A DNA stretch of 64,000 bases, taken from NCBI GenBank assembly GCA_048882045.1, contig JBHLRZ010000008.1, positions 48,906-112,905 of the forward strand, in the 5' to 3' direction. The translations under genes and the position numbers were made by a program. The first letter of the stretch is position 1. Every line of letters begins with the position of its first letter. The stretch is from Candidatus Thorarchaeota archaeon (lineage in GTDB: Archaea; Asgardarchaeota; Thorarchaeia; Thorarchaeales; Thorarchaeaceae). This document shows, one piece after another, positions 1 to 10,395 of this stretch. The notes under the pieces are model-generated. The model did not search any database. It had not been told where the DNA came from and saw nothing but the letters and a program-made list of their open reading frames with translations.

Positions 1-243
1 CATTGTGTAACCTTTGTGATCAGCATGATAATGTGAAAGCACGATACGATCGAGGTCTTTGGGTTGGTGGCCTAAGTCTTTGAGAGTTGAAATGACCTGC
101 TCTGGATGAGAGCCAGCATCAACAAGAGTGAGAATCTCATCATCAATCAACAGTGTATTTGCTTCTGGAAAACGACCTTCATATTTCCCTCTAACAAGAT
201 GAACATGTGGTTCAATCTCAATATGAGCAGGATGGTCTAACAT
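1..243 (-). CDS. MBL-fold metallo-hydrolase, N-terminal part (runs off window start)
   Basis: Hand translation from ATG at 243: MLDHPAHIEIEPHVHLVRG...NTLLIDDEILTLVDAG...IVLSHYHADHKG; contains the LVDAG and HxHxDH MBL motifs. Not in the ORF track. Confidence 0.85.
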   Translation of the reverse strand, partial: MLDHPAHIEIEPHVHLVRGKYEGRFPEANTLLIDDEILTLVDAGSHPEQVISTLKDLGHQPKDLDRIVLSHYHADHKGYTM

Positions 244-332
244 TACAATTCGAATGTTTATCAAACAAATAACTGTCATGGTAGGACAATCTATATGACG
301 CCCTGTACATATGCACAGTATTGGTGACAGAT

Positions 333-1790
333 ATGAGTGACCGTCTGTTCGCAATTTTTGATATTGGCACTACTGGAACACGATCCGTCATTGTCGACGA
401 AGAGGGACGTGAATTAAGCAAAGCGTATGAAGAATATCCATCTAAGCCCTCTAATCTCAAAACTCATGAACAGCCAGCAGACACATTTTGGAGAACTTCT
501 GCAAATACAATGCAACGGGCGCTTTCAGGGTGTACACATGGCGCTGAAGCCATTGTTGGAGTCGTTGTCACAACTACGCGTGATTCTATCACTCCGATTG
601 ATAAGGAAGGTAAACCGCTCGCGCCAACTGTCACTTGGGTAGACAACCGGTCCACAGAGAAGAGTAAGGAGCTAGCGGAACATATCGGCCCTAGAAACAG
701 TCTCAAAAAGATGATGTGGTTTCTTGAAAACAAACCTGATCTTTTCAAAAAGACACACAAATGGGTACTATTGGATGCTTACATCAATAACAAGCTGTGT
801 GATGTCTTGGTTAGTTCACCCGCTGATGCTAGATTTGGTCCATTCGATCATGAAAAACTTCAATGGTCCGATGAACTGTGTGAACTCACAGAAATTCCAA
901 TGGATAAGCTTACTGAGATCGTTGATTCAGGAACTACAATTGGAGATGTAAGCGAATTCGCCGCCAAAGCAACAGGTCTAAGGAAAGGGACTCCTGTCAT
1001 AATGGGAAGTGGGGACCAACAGTGTTCAGCCCTTGGAATGGGTGTATTTGAAACAGGACGTGTTAAAGCAACTACAGGAACTGGAACATTTGTCATTACA
1101 CATCTTGAAGAGTATATGGAGGATCCATATGTCATGTTCTGTAATCCCTCCGCTATCCCCGGTAAATGGATTCTTGAAGGAGTTACTCCTGGGACCGGTC
1201 TGACGTACAAATGGTATAGAGACCAGTATTGCGAACCAGAAATGGCACTTGCCGCTCAAACTCAGAAGGATGTATATCAAATCATAGAATCTTCAGCAGC
1301 CACGGTTCCAGCTGGGAGTGACGGATTGGTCATCTTTCCATTCATGGCATATAATCTAGGAATATTCTATCATCTTGGGTTTGGTCATACCAAAGCCCAT
1401 GTAGCCAGAGCCATCATGGAAGCCAATGGCTACAGTATCCACATGTATCTCGAGATGATGGAAGGCATGCTCGATGTTGAATTCACAGAGCTTCGAATTG
1501 ATGGTGGTGGTGCTACCTCACCTCTCTGGCGTCAGATCCAGGCTGACTGCACAAACAAGACCGTTCTACTCCCTAAGGTGAGAGACTCCACAGTCATTGG
1601 TGCTGCGATGCTGGGTACTGTTGGAAGTGGTATCTATGGTGACCATTCGGAAGCATTTGAGAACATGTTTCATGTAGAAGAACGACGTGAACCAATTCCT
1701 GAAAACGTTGAGGTGTATGAGAAACTATATCCAGTCTTCAACAAGATGGTGATTGCAGAAATGGGTAACATTCTGGACTCTATATCATAG
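333..1790 (+). CDS. FGGY-family carbohydrate kinase (glycerol kinase/xylulokinase-like)
   Basis: FDIGTTGTRS, WVDNRS, GSGDQQ, TGTGTF and DGGGATSPLWRQIQAD motifs; GGTGA SD before ATG 333; first gene of the glp cluster. Confidence 0.9.
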   Translation: MSDRLFAIFDIGTTGTRSVIVDEEGRELSKAYEEYPSKPSNLKTHEQPADTFWRTSANTMQRALSGCTHGAEAIVGVVVTTTRDSITPIDKEGKPLAPTVTWVDNRSTEKSKELAEHIGPRNSLKKMMWFLENKPDLFKKTHKWVLLDAYINNKLCDVLVSSPADARFGPFDHEKLQWSDELCELTEIPMDKLTEIVDSGTTIGDVSEFAAKATGLRKGTPVIMGSGDQQCSALGMGVFETGRVKATTGTGTFVITHLEEYMEDPYVMFCNPSAIPGKWILEGVTPGTGLTYKWYRDQYCEPEMALAAQTQKDVYQIIESSAATVPAGSDGLVIFPFMAYNLGIFYHLGFGHTKAHVARAIMEANGYSIHMYLEMMEGMLDVEFTELRIDGGGATSPLWRQIQADCTNKTVLLPKVRDSTVIGAAMLGTVGSGIYGDHSEAFENMFHVEERREPIPENVEVYEKLYPVFNKMVIAEMGNILDSIS

Positions 1791-1807
1791 ATATGGACAC
1801 GATGTGA

Positions 1808-3475
1808 ATGGGCGAATCTGAATTTGATGTTGTAGTAATCGGAGGCGGCAGTACCGGGACTGCTGTTGCTCGAGACTGTGCAATGCGTGGACTGAGGACT
1901 CTTCTGCTAGAACGTGATGATATTGCTTCAGCCACAGTTGGAACCTGCGCGGGAATGATCTCTTCGGGTCTCAAATATCGTAGGGAACCTGATATCGTTA
2001 CGATGTGCTCGAGAGAGGTGGTGCACTTCAAGAACATCTCTAAACATATCATCATGAAAGTCCCAATCTTAACCCCATTCTTCAGTTTGGAAGAGGTAGG
2101 GAGCAGTACAGATTATGTAACATCGTACGCAGACCACGCGGAAGAGAGAAATGTCCCTGAAATGCTGTTTCTTACCCCTGATGCGGCTGTTGAGTTAGAA
2201 CCAAAAATCAACCCAGATATTCTGGCAAGTGTCTACTATGAAGAGTACTTTATTGATCCGTTTAGATTGTGCATGCTCCAGGCATTGGATGCTATGAATC
2301 ATGGTGCTGTCGTTAAGACATATTGTGAAGTTGTCGATATTGAAATTGACGACCAAGAAGGAAGAGTTGAGAATGTTGTCTTCTACAACAGAATTACTGG
2401 TGAAATTGAAAGGATCCATACAAAGTCCATAGTGAACGCCGCAGGACCTTGGGGCCGCAAGATTGCAGAGAATGCAGGAGCAACCTTGGAGCTTCGACTC
2501 AACAAAGGATCTCATATCATACTTGATAGAAGAGTTGTCAATGTGGGCGTTATTGTGAAATCCCTCGACGGCAGATGGGTCTATCTAATACCTCATGAAA
2601 ACACTACATTGCTTGGAACCACTGCACTCGATACCTGGGAAGATCCTGATTCATTAGTAGCCACCTTAGATGAGATAGAATATTTACTCCAAAGTTTTGA
2701 AAAACATGTACCTTCGATTCGTGAGGCTCGAATCATTCGGACCATGGTCGGTGTGAGACCTTTGGTGCCTCAGTGGAATATGCCAGAAGATGATGTTACC
2801 AGAGGCTACGAAGTTATCGATCATGAAATCAGAGATGACATCAAAGGATTGATCAGCTTCACAGGCGGCAAACTCGTCATGTGTAGAATCATGGCTGAGG
2901 ATGCTACTGACCTTGTATGTAAGATGCTTGGAAAGAAGACTAAGTGTACAACTCATGAGAAACCACTTCCTGGGAATGAAGCAGATGTGGATATAATCGC
3001 ACTCTCGAATGAATTTGGGCTCTCCATGCATACCCTTGAAAGAATGCGTGTTCGAAGGGGAACTGAGATTGTCAAAATCCTCGAACTAACTAAGAATCAT
3101 CCTGAATGGAAGACAGCAATCTGTACTTGTGAACCAGTCATCGAGGCTGAGATTCGATATGCAATAAGAGAAGAGTTCCCACAAACGCTAAACGATCTGC
3201 GCCGAAGGCTAAGACTTGGGACAGGTCCCTGCCAAGGAACATTTTGTACATACAAAGCTGCAGGTATTCTCGCAGAAGAGCTTGAGCTAAGTGGCGATGA
3301 CTTTCTGGTTGATATTCTTGACTTTCGAGCCGAGAGATGGAAAGGTATCAGACCCTCCTTGAGAGGTGAACAACTTGCACAGGAAGAACTTGCTCAAGGC
3401 ATGTATGCATGCGTGGGGAATCTAGACCAGTCTGATGTGGACTATGACATCAAACCCTGGGAGGAGGGGACATAA
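1808..3475 (+). CDS. glpA: Anaerobic glycerol-3-phosphate dehydrogenase subunit A
   Basis: GGGSTG FAD motif, LLERDD, VNAAGPW, KGSHI, GVRPL, GGKL; C-terminal BFD-like ICTCEPV...RLGTGPCQGTFC. Confidence 0.9.
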   Translation: MGESEFDVVVIGGGSTGTAVARDCAMRGLRTLLLERDDIASATVGTCAGMISSGLKYRREPDIVTMCSREVVHFKNISKHIIMKVPILTPFFSLEEVGSSTDYVTSYADHAEERNVPEMLFLTPDAAVELEPKINPDILASVYYEEYFIDPFRLCMLQALDAMNHGAVVKTYCEVVDIEIDDQEGRVENVVFYNRITGEIERIHTKSIVNAAGPWGRKIAENAGATLELRLNKGSHIILDRRVVNVGVIVKSLDGRWVYLIPHENTTLLGTTALDTWEDPDSLVATLDEIEYLLQSFEKHVPSIREARIIRTMVGVRPLVPQWNMPEDDVTRGYEVIDHEIRDDIKGLISFTGGKLVMCRIMAEDATDLVCKMLGKKTKCTTHEKPLPGNEADVDIIALSNEFGLSMHTLERMRVRRGTEIVKILELTKNHPEWKTAICTCEPVIEAEIRYAIREEFPQTLNDLRRRLRLGTGPCQGTFCTYKAAGILAEELELSGDDFLVDILDFRAERWKGIRPSLRGEQLAQEELAQGMYACVGNLDQSDVDYDIKPWEEGT

Positions 3476-4852
3476 ATGGATCTAGATGCTGACCTCCTTG
3501 TCATAGGCGGTGGAATGGCTGGACTCATTGCTGGTACTGTAGCTGCAGAGAACGGACTCAATACAGTGCTTCTCAGAAAGGGACAGAGCGCCACAGCTTT
3601 CTCCTCTGGTGCGATCGATGTAATTGGCTATCTGCCCGAGGCTACTTCTCCATTCATCACACCGGAAGAAGGTCTCACTGCAATTGCTGGACTCTATCCC
3701 CTTCACCCGTACAGTGTGATTGGATATGGTGAAGATGTCTTACCAGATGATGTAGTCGATGCAATCATTTCTCGAACTAGAGAATCAGTTCATTGGTTGA
3801 AGAATCGGCTCAGTGACACAAACAGTCCTCTTGTCGGTGATTTTGAGTCAAACATGAATGCGATGACAATTCTTGGGACTACCAAACCCACTTGTCTGGT
3901 ACAGAAGACATTGGATCCGCTAGATCTGGAAGAGAATGAAGATAGCATATTATTGATTGCTGGAATTTCTGGTTACCCCGATTTTAATCCTTCAGCAGCT
4001 GCGAAGACGTATCTTGAAGACCGCGTTGCTCTAAGCCAACCGCCACGCAAGGTTGCTCATTGTAACATACACACTAGTCCATTTGGAAATAAGCAAAACT
4101 TGTCCGCTGTTGAGATTGCGCGTCATCTAGACCACAAGTATGGACTAGACGAAGTGGCACAACAGCTAAAGGAACACACAGAGAGAATTGGCGCGACACA
4201 TGTTGCTCTCCCACCAATAATTGGTCTACGCAATGCAGTTGATAATCAGACTAGATTAAAGCAAATCCTGGGAGCACATGTTTTTGAACTCCTAGGTTTT
4301 CCACCATCGGTACCGGGACTTCGCCTCCAATTGGCTCTAGAGGAGATGTTCAAGAGAGCTGGAGGGAAATTGCTTGTCGGTCATAACGCCATATCCTATG
4401 AAAAACAGAATGACATTGTTGAGAATGTAAAAGCACAGGCTCCTCGAAGACACCTAAAGATCAAAGCCAAGGCATTCATTCTTGCCACAGGGAAATTCAT
4501 CGGCGGCGGACTCTCTGGTGATGAGAACGGTGTTCGAGAAACTATGTTTGGTCTAATGACAGTAACTGGCTCATATCACTCAGCAGAGGACATCCTACCT
4601 TCGAAGGAAACAAATCGGTTTGCCATTACTCCTGAGGGGCAGCCTGTCTATTCGACCGGTGTAACAATTGATCCACACTTCCGTCCTATACAAGATGAGG
4701 GTGTTGAATGGGCAAGAAACCTCTTTGCTGCAGGTTCAGTACTTGCTGGATACAACTATGCTGTTGAGAAGAGTGGACTAGGAGTCGCATTGACCAGTGG
4801 TTTTAGTGCTGCACTGCATGCATCTAACTACGTAAAGGAGGTGGCCAAATGA
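3476..4852 (+). CDS. glpB: Anaerobic glycerol-3-phosphate dehydrogenase subunit B
   Basis: GGGMAG, GQSATAFSSGAID, PPSVPGLRL, LATGKFIGGGL, NLFAAGSVLAG; abuts glpA. Confidence 0.9.
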   Translation: MDLDADLLVIGGGMAGLIAGTVAAENGLNTVLLRKGQSATAFSSGAIDVIGYLPEATSPFITPEEGLTAIAGLYPLHPYSVIGYGEDVLPDDVVDAIISRTRESVHWLKNRLSDTNSPLVGDFESNMNAMTILGTTKPTCLVQKTLDPLDLEENEDSILLIAGISGYPDFNPSAAAKTYLEDRVALSQPPRKVAHCNIHTSPFGNKQNLSAVEIARHLDHKYGLDEVAQQLKEHTERIGATHVALPPIIGLRNAVDNQTRLKQILGAHVFELLGFPPSVPGLRLQLALEEMFKRAGGKLLVGHNAISYEKQNDIVENVKAQAPRRHLKIKAKAFILATGKFIGGGLSGDENGVRETMFGLMTVTGSYHSAEDILPSKETNRFAITPEGQPVYSTGVTIDPHFRPIQDEGVEWARNLFAAGSVLAGYNYAVEKSGLGVALTSGFSAALHASNYVKEVAK

Positions 4853-6087
4853 ACGAGAATGAGGCTTTCGAATATGCAAAGACGACTCTGAAGGAGGAGA
4901 GAATCACACCCTTCAGAGCTGATGAGATGGATGTCGTCAAGTCTGTCGAATCTTGCATTAACTGCGGGCTCTGTATTCAACACTGCCCAGTCGTCGCTGC
5001 AGTCGGAGTAAATCGTTTCAGCGGCCCTCGAAGCATAGCAGTAGAATTGAGTAGGTCTCCTCCTGAGTTCTGGACAACTGCTGACACAGTCTATCTGTGT
5101 ACTGGTTGTGGTACATGTCGAGAAGTATGTCCCAAGGACGTCAACATTCCTGAAGTTGTCAATATGATTCGCTCTCGTATTTTCGAGTACCGACCAGAAC
5201 TAGTTCCCAAGGGGTTCTATGTAGTCCGAGAAGTAATTACAGAACATAACCTGGCCTTCGAGCCATGGGAGGACTTGGAGGAGAAAGCAGAGAGTAGAGA
5301 TATGCGTCTGGAGCGACTCGGACTTCCATTCATTGAAGATGCAAAACTGTCCGATGCTGAAGTCATTTTCTATCCTGGTTGTCAGGCTGAGGAACGAGCA
5401 CAGGAGGTCCGTGAGGCTGCAAAGGTGATTTTGGACTTCTTTGACGTCAACTACACTGTACTGGATGAAATGTCCTGCTGCGGTCTACCATCAGTTCTGA
5501 TGGGTGATCACGCGACTGCAACGAACCTGGCAAAGAAACTCCATGAAAAAGTGAGAAAAATCGGAGCCAAGATGGTTGTCACGACATGTGCTGGGTGTAC
5601 TGGCAATCTTTCAGAGATTTCTGAACGAGATGAGTGGGGAATACCTACAGTACACGTCTTAGAGTTTCTTGCTGAGCAAGTAGGTTTTGAAAGAATTGAG
5701 AAAGCCTTTGGCGAAGCATCAGACTACTCAGATGTTCATGTATCTGTTCATGATCCTTGCCACCTCATCAAACACACTTCTCGTCAAATTATGGATTATG
5801 CACTTGATATCCTCCGGAGAGTTCCGGGTGTCAGAGTATCAGAGTCCAATGCACACGATTCTTGTTGCGGCGGAGGTGGTCTAGTGTCATATCACGCAAA
5901 AGATGTAGCCAATGCAGTCGTCAGAGAGAACCTTAAGGCAATCAATGAGACTGGTGCAGAAAGAATAGTAACCCCCTGTCCTCTGTGTACTGCCCAAATT
6001 GAAAGTAATCTGTTCAGGACTGGAAGTTCCGTTGAAGTCGATGATCTGACGGTGTTCTTGGCTCAAAGGCTTCCTAAGAAAAGGTGA
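4849..6087 (+). CDS. glpC: GlpC/HdrD-like Fe-S protein (2x[4Fe-4S] + two CCG domains)
   Basis: CINCGLCIQHCP, CTGCGTCREVCP, SCCG, HDPCH, CCGGGG, CPLC; overlaps the glpB stop. Confidence 0.75.
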   Translation: MNENEAFEYAKTTLKEERITPFRADEMDVVKSVESCINCGLCIQHCPVVAAVGVNRFSGPRSIAVELSRSPPEFWTTADTVYLCTGCGTCREVCPKDVNIPEVVNMIRSRIFEYRPELVPKGFYVVREVITEHNLAFEPWEDLEEKAESRDMRLERLGLPFIEDAKLSDAEVIFYPGCQAEERAQEVREAAKVILDFFDVNYTVLDEMSCCGLPSVLMGDHATATNLAKKLHEKVRKIGAKMVVTTCAGCTGNLSEISERDEWGIPTVHVLEFLAEQVGFERIEKAFGEASDYSDVHVSVHDPCHLIKHTSRQIMDYALDILRRVPGVRVSESNAHDSCCGGGGLVSYHAKDVANAVVRENLKAINETGAERIVTPCPLCTAQIESNLFRTGSSVEVDDLTVFLAQRLPKKR

Positions 6088-6095
6088 AGAGTCTC

Positions 6096-7523
6096 ATGCT
6101 TGATCCCAAAACAAAAGAAGAAGCTCTCAAGAAGATCCGTAAGATTGTGGGTAAAGACAATATCACGGAGCTTGAAACAGACAGGATATTGAATGCTCAT
6201 GATGCTTGGCCACTTGCTCTAGCAAAGATTCGAGCTGCTGAGATTCTCCCTCAAGCTGACTTGGTGGTCTTCCCAGGAAATACTGAAGAAATTTCTAAAA
6301 TCCTTATGATAGCCAATGAGTTAAACATTCCAGTGATACCTGTCGGAGGAGGAGCCGGAACTTGTGGTGGAACAGTGCCTTTGTATGGTGGAATTCATCT
6401 CGACCTGAAAAGATTGAACAAAATCTATGAGATTGACCATTCCTCCTTGACTGTCCGAGTACAAGCAGGAGTGGTAGGAATTGATCTTGAGGAGGACGTG
6501 AATCGACATGGGTACACAACTGGTCACACGCCAACTTCATCCCGCGCATCAAATGTTGGTGGTTTCATTGCTACTAGATCCGGAGGATCAATGTCGTCAC
6601 TCTATGGCAAGATAGAGGATTTGACACTAGGACTCGAGGTAGTCCTGCCGGATGGATCCATCGTCAAGACAAAGGCTGTACCTCGACAATCTGTCGGACC
6701 TGACCTGCGTGAGCTGTTCATAGGATCTGAGGGTACACTAGGAGTAATTACTGAAGCAACACTTCGTCTTTTTCCGCAACCTGAAGAAAGGCGATTCCGA
6801 AGTCTGAGCTTTCCTGACGTTCATAGTGGCTTAGAGGCAATTCGTAAGATATTTCGAGAGAGTATCCTCCCATCAGTGGCTCGGCTCTATGATCCAGAAG
6901 ACGCATCATATAGTTTCTCAAATCATTTTGAGTTTGAGGAAGGTCATTGCATCATGCTTCTAGCTTTTGATGGAGATAAGAAGAAAGTAGAGATTGATGA
7001 GGCAAGGTCTCTAGTTATCTGTAGGGAAGAAGGAGGAACGGAACTTAGAGAAAACATCGCCAAATACTGGTGGGAACACCGTTTTGACATGTATTATCCA
7101 TCTCGACTGACAACCACTGGCTATACTGTAGTTGACACCATCGACATAGTTGCGACATATGATAAACTCGAAAATGTGTATTACGCTATGAAGAAGGCAA
7201 TGGAGGCATACGACACATTTGTCATCTCGCACTTCTCTCACATGTATCAGAATGGCGGAAGTATCTACATGATTTTCTATTCGTCACAGCCTGATGCAAA
7301 GTCTGCATGGGAAACCTATGACAAGATCTTTGCAGATGGAGTTGCAGCCTGTCTGAGAGAAGGAGGGACAATGAGTCATCAGCATGGTGTAGGACTCTCG
7401 CGAACAACTTTCACTGAAGACGAACTGGGTTCAGGTTTTGACGTACTCAAAAAGATCAAAGAGGTCTTGGATCCCAACGGAATAATGAATCCTGGAAAAC
7501 TCGGTCTGGGGGTGCGCAAGTGA
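6096..7523 (+). CDS. FAD-binding oxidoreductase, alkyl-dihydroxyacetone-phosphate synthase/GlcD-like
   Basis: PVGGGAGTCGG, GGFIATRSGG..S..YGKIED, GPDLRELFIGSEGTLGVITE, SHQHGVG, LDPNGIMNPGK. Confidence 0.85.
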   Translation: MLDPKTKEEALKKIRKIVGKDNITELETDRILNAHDAWPLALAKIRAAEILPQADLVVFPGNTEEISKILMIANELNIPVIPVGGGAGTCGGTVPLYGGIHLDLKRLNKIYEIDHSSLTVRVQAGVVGIDLEEDVNRHGYTTGHTPTSSRASNVGGFIATRSGGSMSSLYGKIEDLTLGLEVVLPDGSIVKTKAVPRQSVGPDLRELFIGSEGTLGVITEATLRLFPQPEERRFRSLSFPDVHSGLEAIRKIFRESILPSVARLYDPEDASYSFSNHFEFEEGHCIMLLAFDGDKKKVEIDEARSLVICREEGGTELRENIAKYWWEHRFDMYYPSRLTTTGYTVVDTIDIVATYDKLENVYYAMKKAMEAYDTFVISHFSHMYQNGGSIYMIFYSSQPDAKSAWETYDKIFADGVAACLREGGTMSHQHGVGLSRTTFTEDELGSGFDVLKKIKEVLDPNGIMNPGKLGLGVRK

Positions 7524-8644
7524 CCGATCTTGAGCGGATAGCGGAGCAAGTGCGAATGTGTGCCGGTTGTCCGAAAATGTGTAGACACGTGTGTCCAACA
7601 TTCTTCGCTTGGCGGTCAGATGCTCCCACTCCTCACGGTCGAGCACTGCTCATACATCATGAAATCTCGGGTTCCCGTGATATTGACGACAGAGGTGTGG
7701 AAGTACTCTACCAGTGCCTTGAGTGTAGCCACTGTCTAACTTGGTGCAAGCCAGAGATTGACATCGCTTCGCTTATAGAACAAAAAAGACGCGAACTCGT
7801 GGCAGAAGGAAGACAACCGAAGGGCCTCAGGAAACTTTCTGTATCTGTACGAAAGAAATTCAATCCGTTCAACGAACCTTCAGACAATAGGAATGACTGG
7901 ATTAAAACGAAGAAGGGCAAAGGCACACCAGTGCTCTATTTCGTAGGTTGTCTATCTTCTTACCGTGAGAAAGAGATTGCAAATGACACTGTAATGTCAC
8001 TCGAGCTACTTGGTTATCGTGTGACTGTCACTGCCGACGAAAGATGCTGTGGTTCACCTCTATTCAGGACCGGAGACGTAGAGGGAGGACTCGAGATAGC
8101 CAAGCACAATGTCGCTATTTTGAATAATCTGGAAGTCCAAGAAATTGTCACATCCTGCCCAGGATGTTATCGTTTATTGACACAGGACTATCCAACTCAC
8201 GGTCTGGAGATCAATAAACCCGTTCGACACGTCAGTCAGGTTTTGTCCGAATCCCTAGAGAAACTTCCAATTTCCAAATATGATGGAAATATCACCTATC
8301 ACGATCCATGCCATTTAGGAAGGCACAGTGGCATCTATGATCAACCAAGGGATGTAATTGCTCATATATCTGGAAAACCAATAGTTGAAATGGAACGGAA
8401 TCGAAACAACTCGACCTGCTGTGGCAACGGAGCTGGTTTGAGAACATTATTTCCAGATGCAGCCAAGAAGATTGGTACTGAAAGAATCCGCCATGCAAAA
8501 GACGTGAATGCAAAATACATTGTAACATCTTGCCCTTTTTGCAAGAATATGCTCGAATCCCAGACTGACGAATCAGTATCCGTGATGGATTTACCTCAGT
8601 TTGTTACCAAAGCTTGGATGCGCCGCGATGTTAAGATAGATTAG
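7520..8644 (+). CDS. (Fe-S)-binding CCG-domain protein (GlcF/HdrD-like)
   Basis: CAGCPKMCRHVCP, CLECSHCLTWC, RCCGSP, YHDPCHLGR, CCGNG, CPFC. Confidence 0.85.
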   Translation: MTDLERIAEQVRMCAGCPKMCRHVCPTFFAWRSDAPTPHGRALLIHHEISGSRDIDDRGVEVLYQCLECSHCLTWCKPEIDIASLIEQKRRELVAEGRQPKGLRKLSVSVRKKFNPFNEPSDNRNDWIKTKKGKGTPVLYFVGCLSSYREKEIANDTVMSLELLGYRVTVTADERCCGSPLFRTGDVEGGLEIAKHNVAILNNLEVQEIVTSCPGCYRLLTQDYPTHGLEINKPVRHVSQVLSESLEKLPISKYDGNITYHDPCHLGRHSGIYDQPRDVIAHISGKPIVEMERNRNNSTCCGNGAGLRTLFPDAAKKIGTERIRHAKDVNAKYIVTSCPFCKNMLESQTDESVSVMDLPQFVTKAWMRRDVKID

Positions 8645-8663
8645 GACCGATGTGATTCACACA

Positions 8664-9785
8664 ATGATTGATATGGATGCTGAAGAATCCCTAAGGCTAA
8701 AAGTGCGGCTACTGACACAGGGTGCTTCTCTACCTGAGGGTGAATCGGGAGGGAGGCAAGGTGGCGCTGGTCCGGTAGGTGGCCGATACTTCTATTTGCC
8801 AAATGGTCGGCCATGTGGCATCCCAATTCGGAGGGGAGAAATGGCAGCCATATATCATTCTGCCCCAATTGAGCCTACTGATAACCCTGAAATCTGGCTT
8901 TATGATGATAAATATGAGTTCAGGTTGATTCCTATACCAAAGTTCTACAAACTCAAAACATCTGATGGTATTGAATTCAGTAAAATTGCTCTATTACATG
9001 GCTCTCGAACATTAGCAACAACAGTCTATCAGTCGTGTAGATACTGGTCACTTGGGATGGAATGTAAATTTTGTACAATCCCTCATTCACATACCTCTGG
9101 CAATACAGTTCTTCAGAAGACTCCAAAGCAGATTTCGGAAGTAGTATTGGCGGCTGAGAGTGAAGGAGTGGTTGATGATGTGTTGCTCACAACTGGAACG
9201 CCCGAATCTCCCGACATGGGAGTTGAAAATCTGATTCATATAATTAAAGCTATTAGAGAATCAACATCAATCCCAATAGCTGTTCAGTTTGAACCCCCAG
9301 TTGATAAGAGTACAATCAAGTTAGTGGCTGACGCTGGTGCAAATGCTGTTGGAATGCATATCGAAAGCGCTGATGAATCAATACGTGAGGATGTATGTCC
9401 AGGAAAATATGAGCACGGTTCCTTGGATTTGTACAAAAGGAGCTGGCATCACGCTCTCGAATACTTTGAAAAAGGAAATGTAAGCACATACATCTTACAT
9501 GGTTTGGGAGAAAACCACGAACGAACATTATCCCTTGTGGACGAGTTAGCCGAAGCAGGAATAATGCCCATTGTAGCTCCTGTCCGCCCTTCAGGAGGTA
9601 GTCAACTTGCTGACTACATTCCAACATATGTGAATGATCTAGAAGGGTCGGTTGAATTATACAAAAAGGTAGGTGCTATCCTCTACAAACATGATTTGAA
9701 TCCAGAAAAGACACTGGGAGGTTGTCACAACTGTGGAGGTTGTACACCAATCCAAGAGGCATATTACTGGGCTGCACAGTTATAA
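8664..9785 (+). CDS. Radical SAM protein, MSMEG_0568-like family
   Basis: GGAGP, KIALLHG..LATTV.Q, CX8CX2C cluster motif (CRYWSLGMECKFC), C-terminal GCHNCGGC. Confidence 0.8.
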   Translation: MIDMDAEESLRLKVRLLTQGASLPEGESGGRQGGAGPVGGRYFYLPNGRPCGIPIRRGEMAAIYHSAPIEPTDNPEIWLYDDKYEFRLIPIPKFYKLKTSDGIEFSKIALLHGSRTLATTVYQSCRYWSLGMECKFCTIPHSHTSGNTVLQKTPKQISEVVLAAESEGVVDDVLLTTGTPESPDMGVENLIHIIKAIRESTSIPIAVQFEPPVDKSTIKLVADAGANAVGMHIESADESIREDVCPGKYEHGSLDLYKRSWHHALEYFEKGNVSTYILHGLGENHERTLSLVDELAEAGIMPIVAPVRPSGGSQLADYIPTYVNDLEGSVELYKKVGAILYKHDLNPEKTLGGCHNCGGCTPIQEAYYWAAQL

Positions 9786-9840
9786 AAATCTGGATGAATA
9801 CGAGAAGTTAAAGCATCGAATCTTTATTTTGTCCAATGCC

Positions 9841-10332
9841 ATGGACGACTATCGGGCTGAAGAGATAATCATCGTTGAATTCACTGAAGATGATGCTATA
9901 GAGATATCTGAACTCTTCAGTCAGGTTTGGCCTTTAGCAACCGAATATCCTGAACATTGGCGAAATAAAAGGATCTATACACCAGAACAAATTGTTGATG
10001 ATATGAAGACTGGATATCATTACTTTGGTAGCCGCTTAAGCGGTAGAATTGTTGGACTTTACAAGGCAAAAATTACTGAAAAGGGATTATTCGGTGAACA
10101 TCAGACAGTACGTCCTGAATGTAGGGCTACTGGATTGGCTTCTGCAATGTACATCCAATTTGCAGAGTATGGACGAGCCAATGGTTGCAAACGGAATTAC
10201 TGTAACATCTTAGTTGGTCAGGAAGTCGGAGAGAAGCTTATGAAAAAGTATGGCTTTCGTCCTTGGGGTGAACCATATGAACAGGATGAGGGAATGTTGG
10301 TCCAGATGTATGAACGACTTCTCGATGACTGA
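9841..10332 (+). CDS. GNAT family N-acetyltransferase
   Basis: VRPECRATGLASAM acetyl-CoA motif A; KKYGF motif B. Confidence 0.8.
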   Translation: MDDYRAEEIIIVEFTEDDAIEISELFSQVWPLATEYPEHWRNKRIYTPEQIVDDMKTGYHYFGSRLSGRIVGLYKAKITEKGLFGEHQTVRPECRATGLASAMYIQFAEYGRANGCKRNYCNILVGQEVGEKLMKKYGFRPWGEPYEQDEGMLVQMYERLLDD

Positions 10333-10395
10333 CACTCCGAAAGACCTTTAGACGATATGAATTGCCACAGGCTCAACATCCCGAAGAGTGATATC

